Shown here one piece after another: positions 62,551 through 64,000 of a DNA stretch of 64,000 bases. The notes beneath the pieces are model-generated. The model worked only from the letters and a program-made list of their open reading frames with translations. It did not search any database and was not told the origin of the DNA. The stretch is taken from the NCBI GenBank assembly GCA_963762255.1, contig CAVXKA010000001.1:512001-576000 (forward strand), given 5' to 3'. Position numbers and translations under genes: made by a program. Position 1 is the first letter of the stretch, and each line of letters begins with the position of its first letter. This DNA is from Candidatus Eiseniibacteriota bacterium (GTDB lineage Bacteria > Eisenbacteria > RBG-16-71-46 > JABDJR01).

Positions 62551-64000
62551 GAGCGAAACCGCTCCCCGACGCCGATGCCCGCGTCCGCGCGGCCACTGTC
62601 TTCGACACCAACCTCGTGGTGGTGGCCGGCGCCGGCACCGGCAAGACGAGCCTCCTCGTGGAGCGGGTGTTGAACCTGGTCTTGACCGGCCGGGCGGCCC
62701 TCGGCGAGATCCTCGCCATCACCTTCACCGACAAGGCCGCCGGGGAGATGCGCGAGCGCGTGGCCGAGGCGCTGGACTCCATTCTCGCCGGCGGAGGCGG
62801 CACGGATGACGAGGCGTCCCGCAGCCTCGCCTGGCTGCGCGGCTCGGCCAAAGGTCCCTGACGACGCCATTCGCGAGCGCGCCGTGGCCGCGATCGAGAT
62901 GCTCGACACCGCGCCGATCAGCACGATCCACTCCTATTGCTCCGATCTCCTGCGACGATTCGCCGACCGCGCCGACCTTCCGCCTGAATTCGGCGTGGAC
63001 GAGGGGCTGAGCCAGGAACTGCTTTTCGAAGAACTCTGGCCCGACTTTCTGGCCGAGGAACTCGGCGCCGACGCCACGCGGGTGGCGCTCTGGCAACGCG
63101 TGCTCGATGCGTTCGGGGAAGCGGAGATCGAGGAGACGGCTCGCGTCATCGCGCTCGCCGACGCCGCCGCCGACCTCCTCGCCGCCGAGGGCTATCGCTC
63201 GCTCGACCTGCGCACACTGTACGGAGCGCGTGTCGGCGCGCTGCTTGCCGATCTGGAATCCGCGCGCGGAGAGATCAAGGCGCGCGCCAACTCGAAGATG
63301 CCCCAGATGCTGGATAGCCTGCTCGTGCTGCTGCGCGCGTTCGCGGACGGGGGTGCCGAGGCCGTTCGAGCGGTGGATGCGGAGCGTCTCCCCCTCCCCG
63401 ATATCTGGGACCGCTCGAAGAGCTTCACCGCCGGCGGGGTCTCCGACGAGCGCAAGCAACAGATCGAGAGGGCGGCCACCGACGCGCTCCGGCTCTTGCG
63501 TTCTCTGCGCGAGGCGAACGAACCCGAGATCGCCGCGCTTCTCGAGGCGCTTCGCCCGTTCGCCGCCTTGTTCCGCCGTCGCATCCGCCGCGACGGCATT
63601 CTTGCCTACGAAGATCTCCTGCTGCTCGCGCGCGATCTCCTGCGCGACCGCCCCGAAGTGCGCCGTGAAGAGGCCGAGCGCATCCGTTACATCCTGGTGG
63701 ACGAGTTCCAGGACACCGATCCGCTCCAATACGAAATCGTATTCCTGCTCGCCGCCAAGGACCGCACCTCGCGGATCGCCGACCCCTTCGCCGCCGAGAT
63801 CGAGGCCTCGCGCCTCTTCATCGTGGGCGATCCCAAGCAATCCATCTATCGCTTCCGCGGCGCCGACATGGCCGCGTTCGTACGCGCGACCGATCTCGTG
63901 AAGGAAGCGGGCGAGGCGCAGAGCCTCATCACCAATTTCCGCAGCGTTCCCGATGTCGTGGATCCGCTCAATCGCCTTTTCGAAAGGTGGATCGGGCCGC
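62547..64000 (+). CDS. addA: AddA-like UvrD helicase, partial, frameshifted near 62853
   Basis: GTGA overlap; AGAGTGKT, AITFTDKAAGEMRER; next frame ISTIHSYC, LVDEFQDTDPLQ, VGDPKQSIYRFRGAD, NFRS. Confidence 0.88.

Noticed and set aside
59121-64000. Nuclease-helicase pair as an anti-phage defence system
   Set aside because: Architecture and gene order match housekeeping AddAB-type recombination enzymes.

Overview
High-GC (roughly two-thirds G+C by eye) chromosomal window from a diderm bacterium. The gene set and the secreted-protein C-termini suggest the FCB-related Eisenbacteria/Latescibacterota-type lineages (inference). Housekeeping content: guaB, tRNA-Met, tilS-ftsH-folP-dacA, a UbiD decarboxylase, aconitase, thiL, groES-groEL and AddAB-like genes. 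A decayed 1.37-kb islet sits at tRNA-Met. The best candidate for an undescribed system is the co-oriented, mostly overlapping operon at 24310-33901. It encodes a POTRA-less Omp85-type barrel, an exported atypical kinase-fold protein, a lipoprotein metallophosphoesterase, a stand-alone NTT (ATP/ADP translocase-like) carrier, an NTT-HEAT fusion and a cNMP-binding protein. Polyphosphate genes bracket it (ppk2; CYTH-CHAD, sixA, ppx, ppk1). Other notable items: a Lys-terminated helical lipoprotein with an L,D-transpeptidase cluster (possible Braun-lipoprotein analogue), a shared short C-terminal motif on two unrelated secreted proteins, two sigma54-type promoters and two probable CTG starts. Six genes are broken by single-base insertions that look like sequencing error. 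All family calls come from motif recognition, not database searches.
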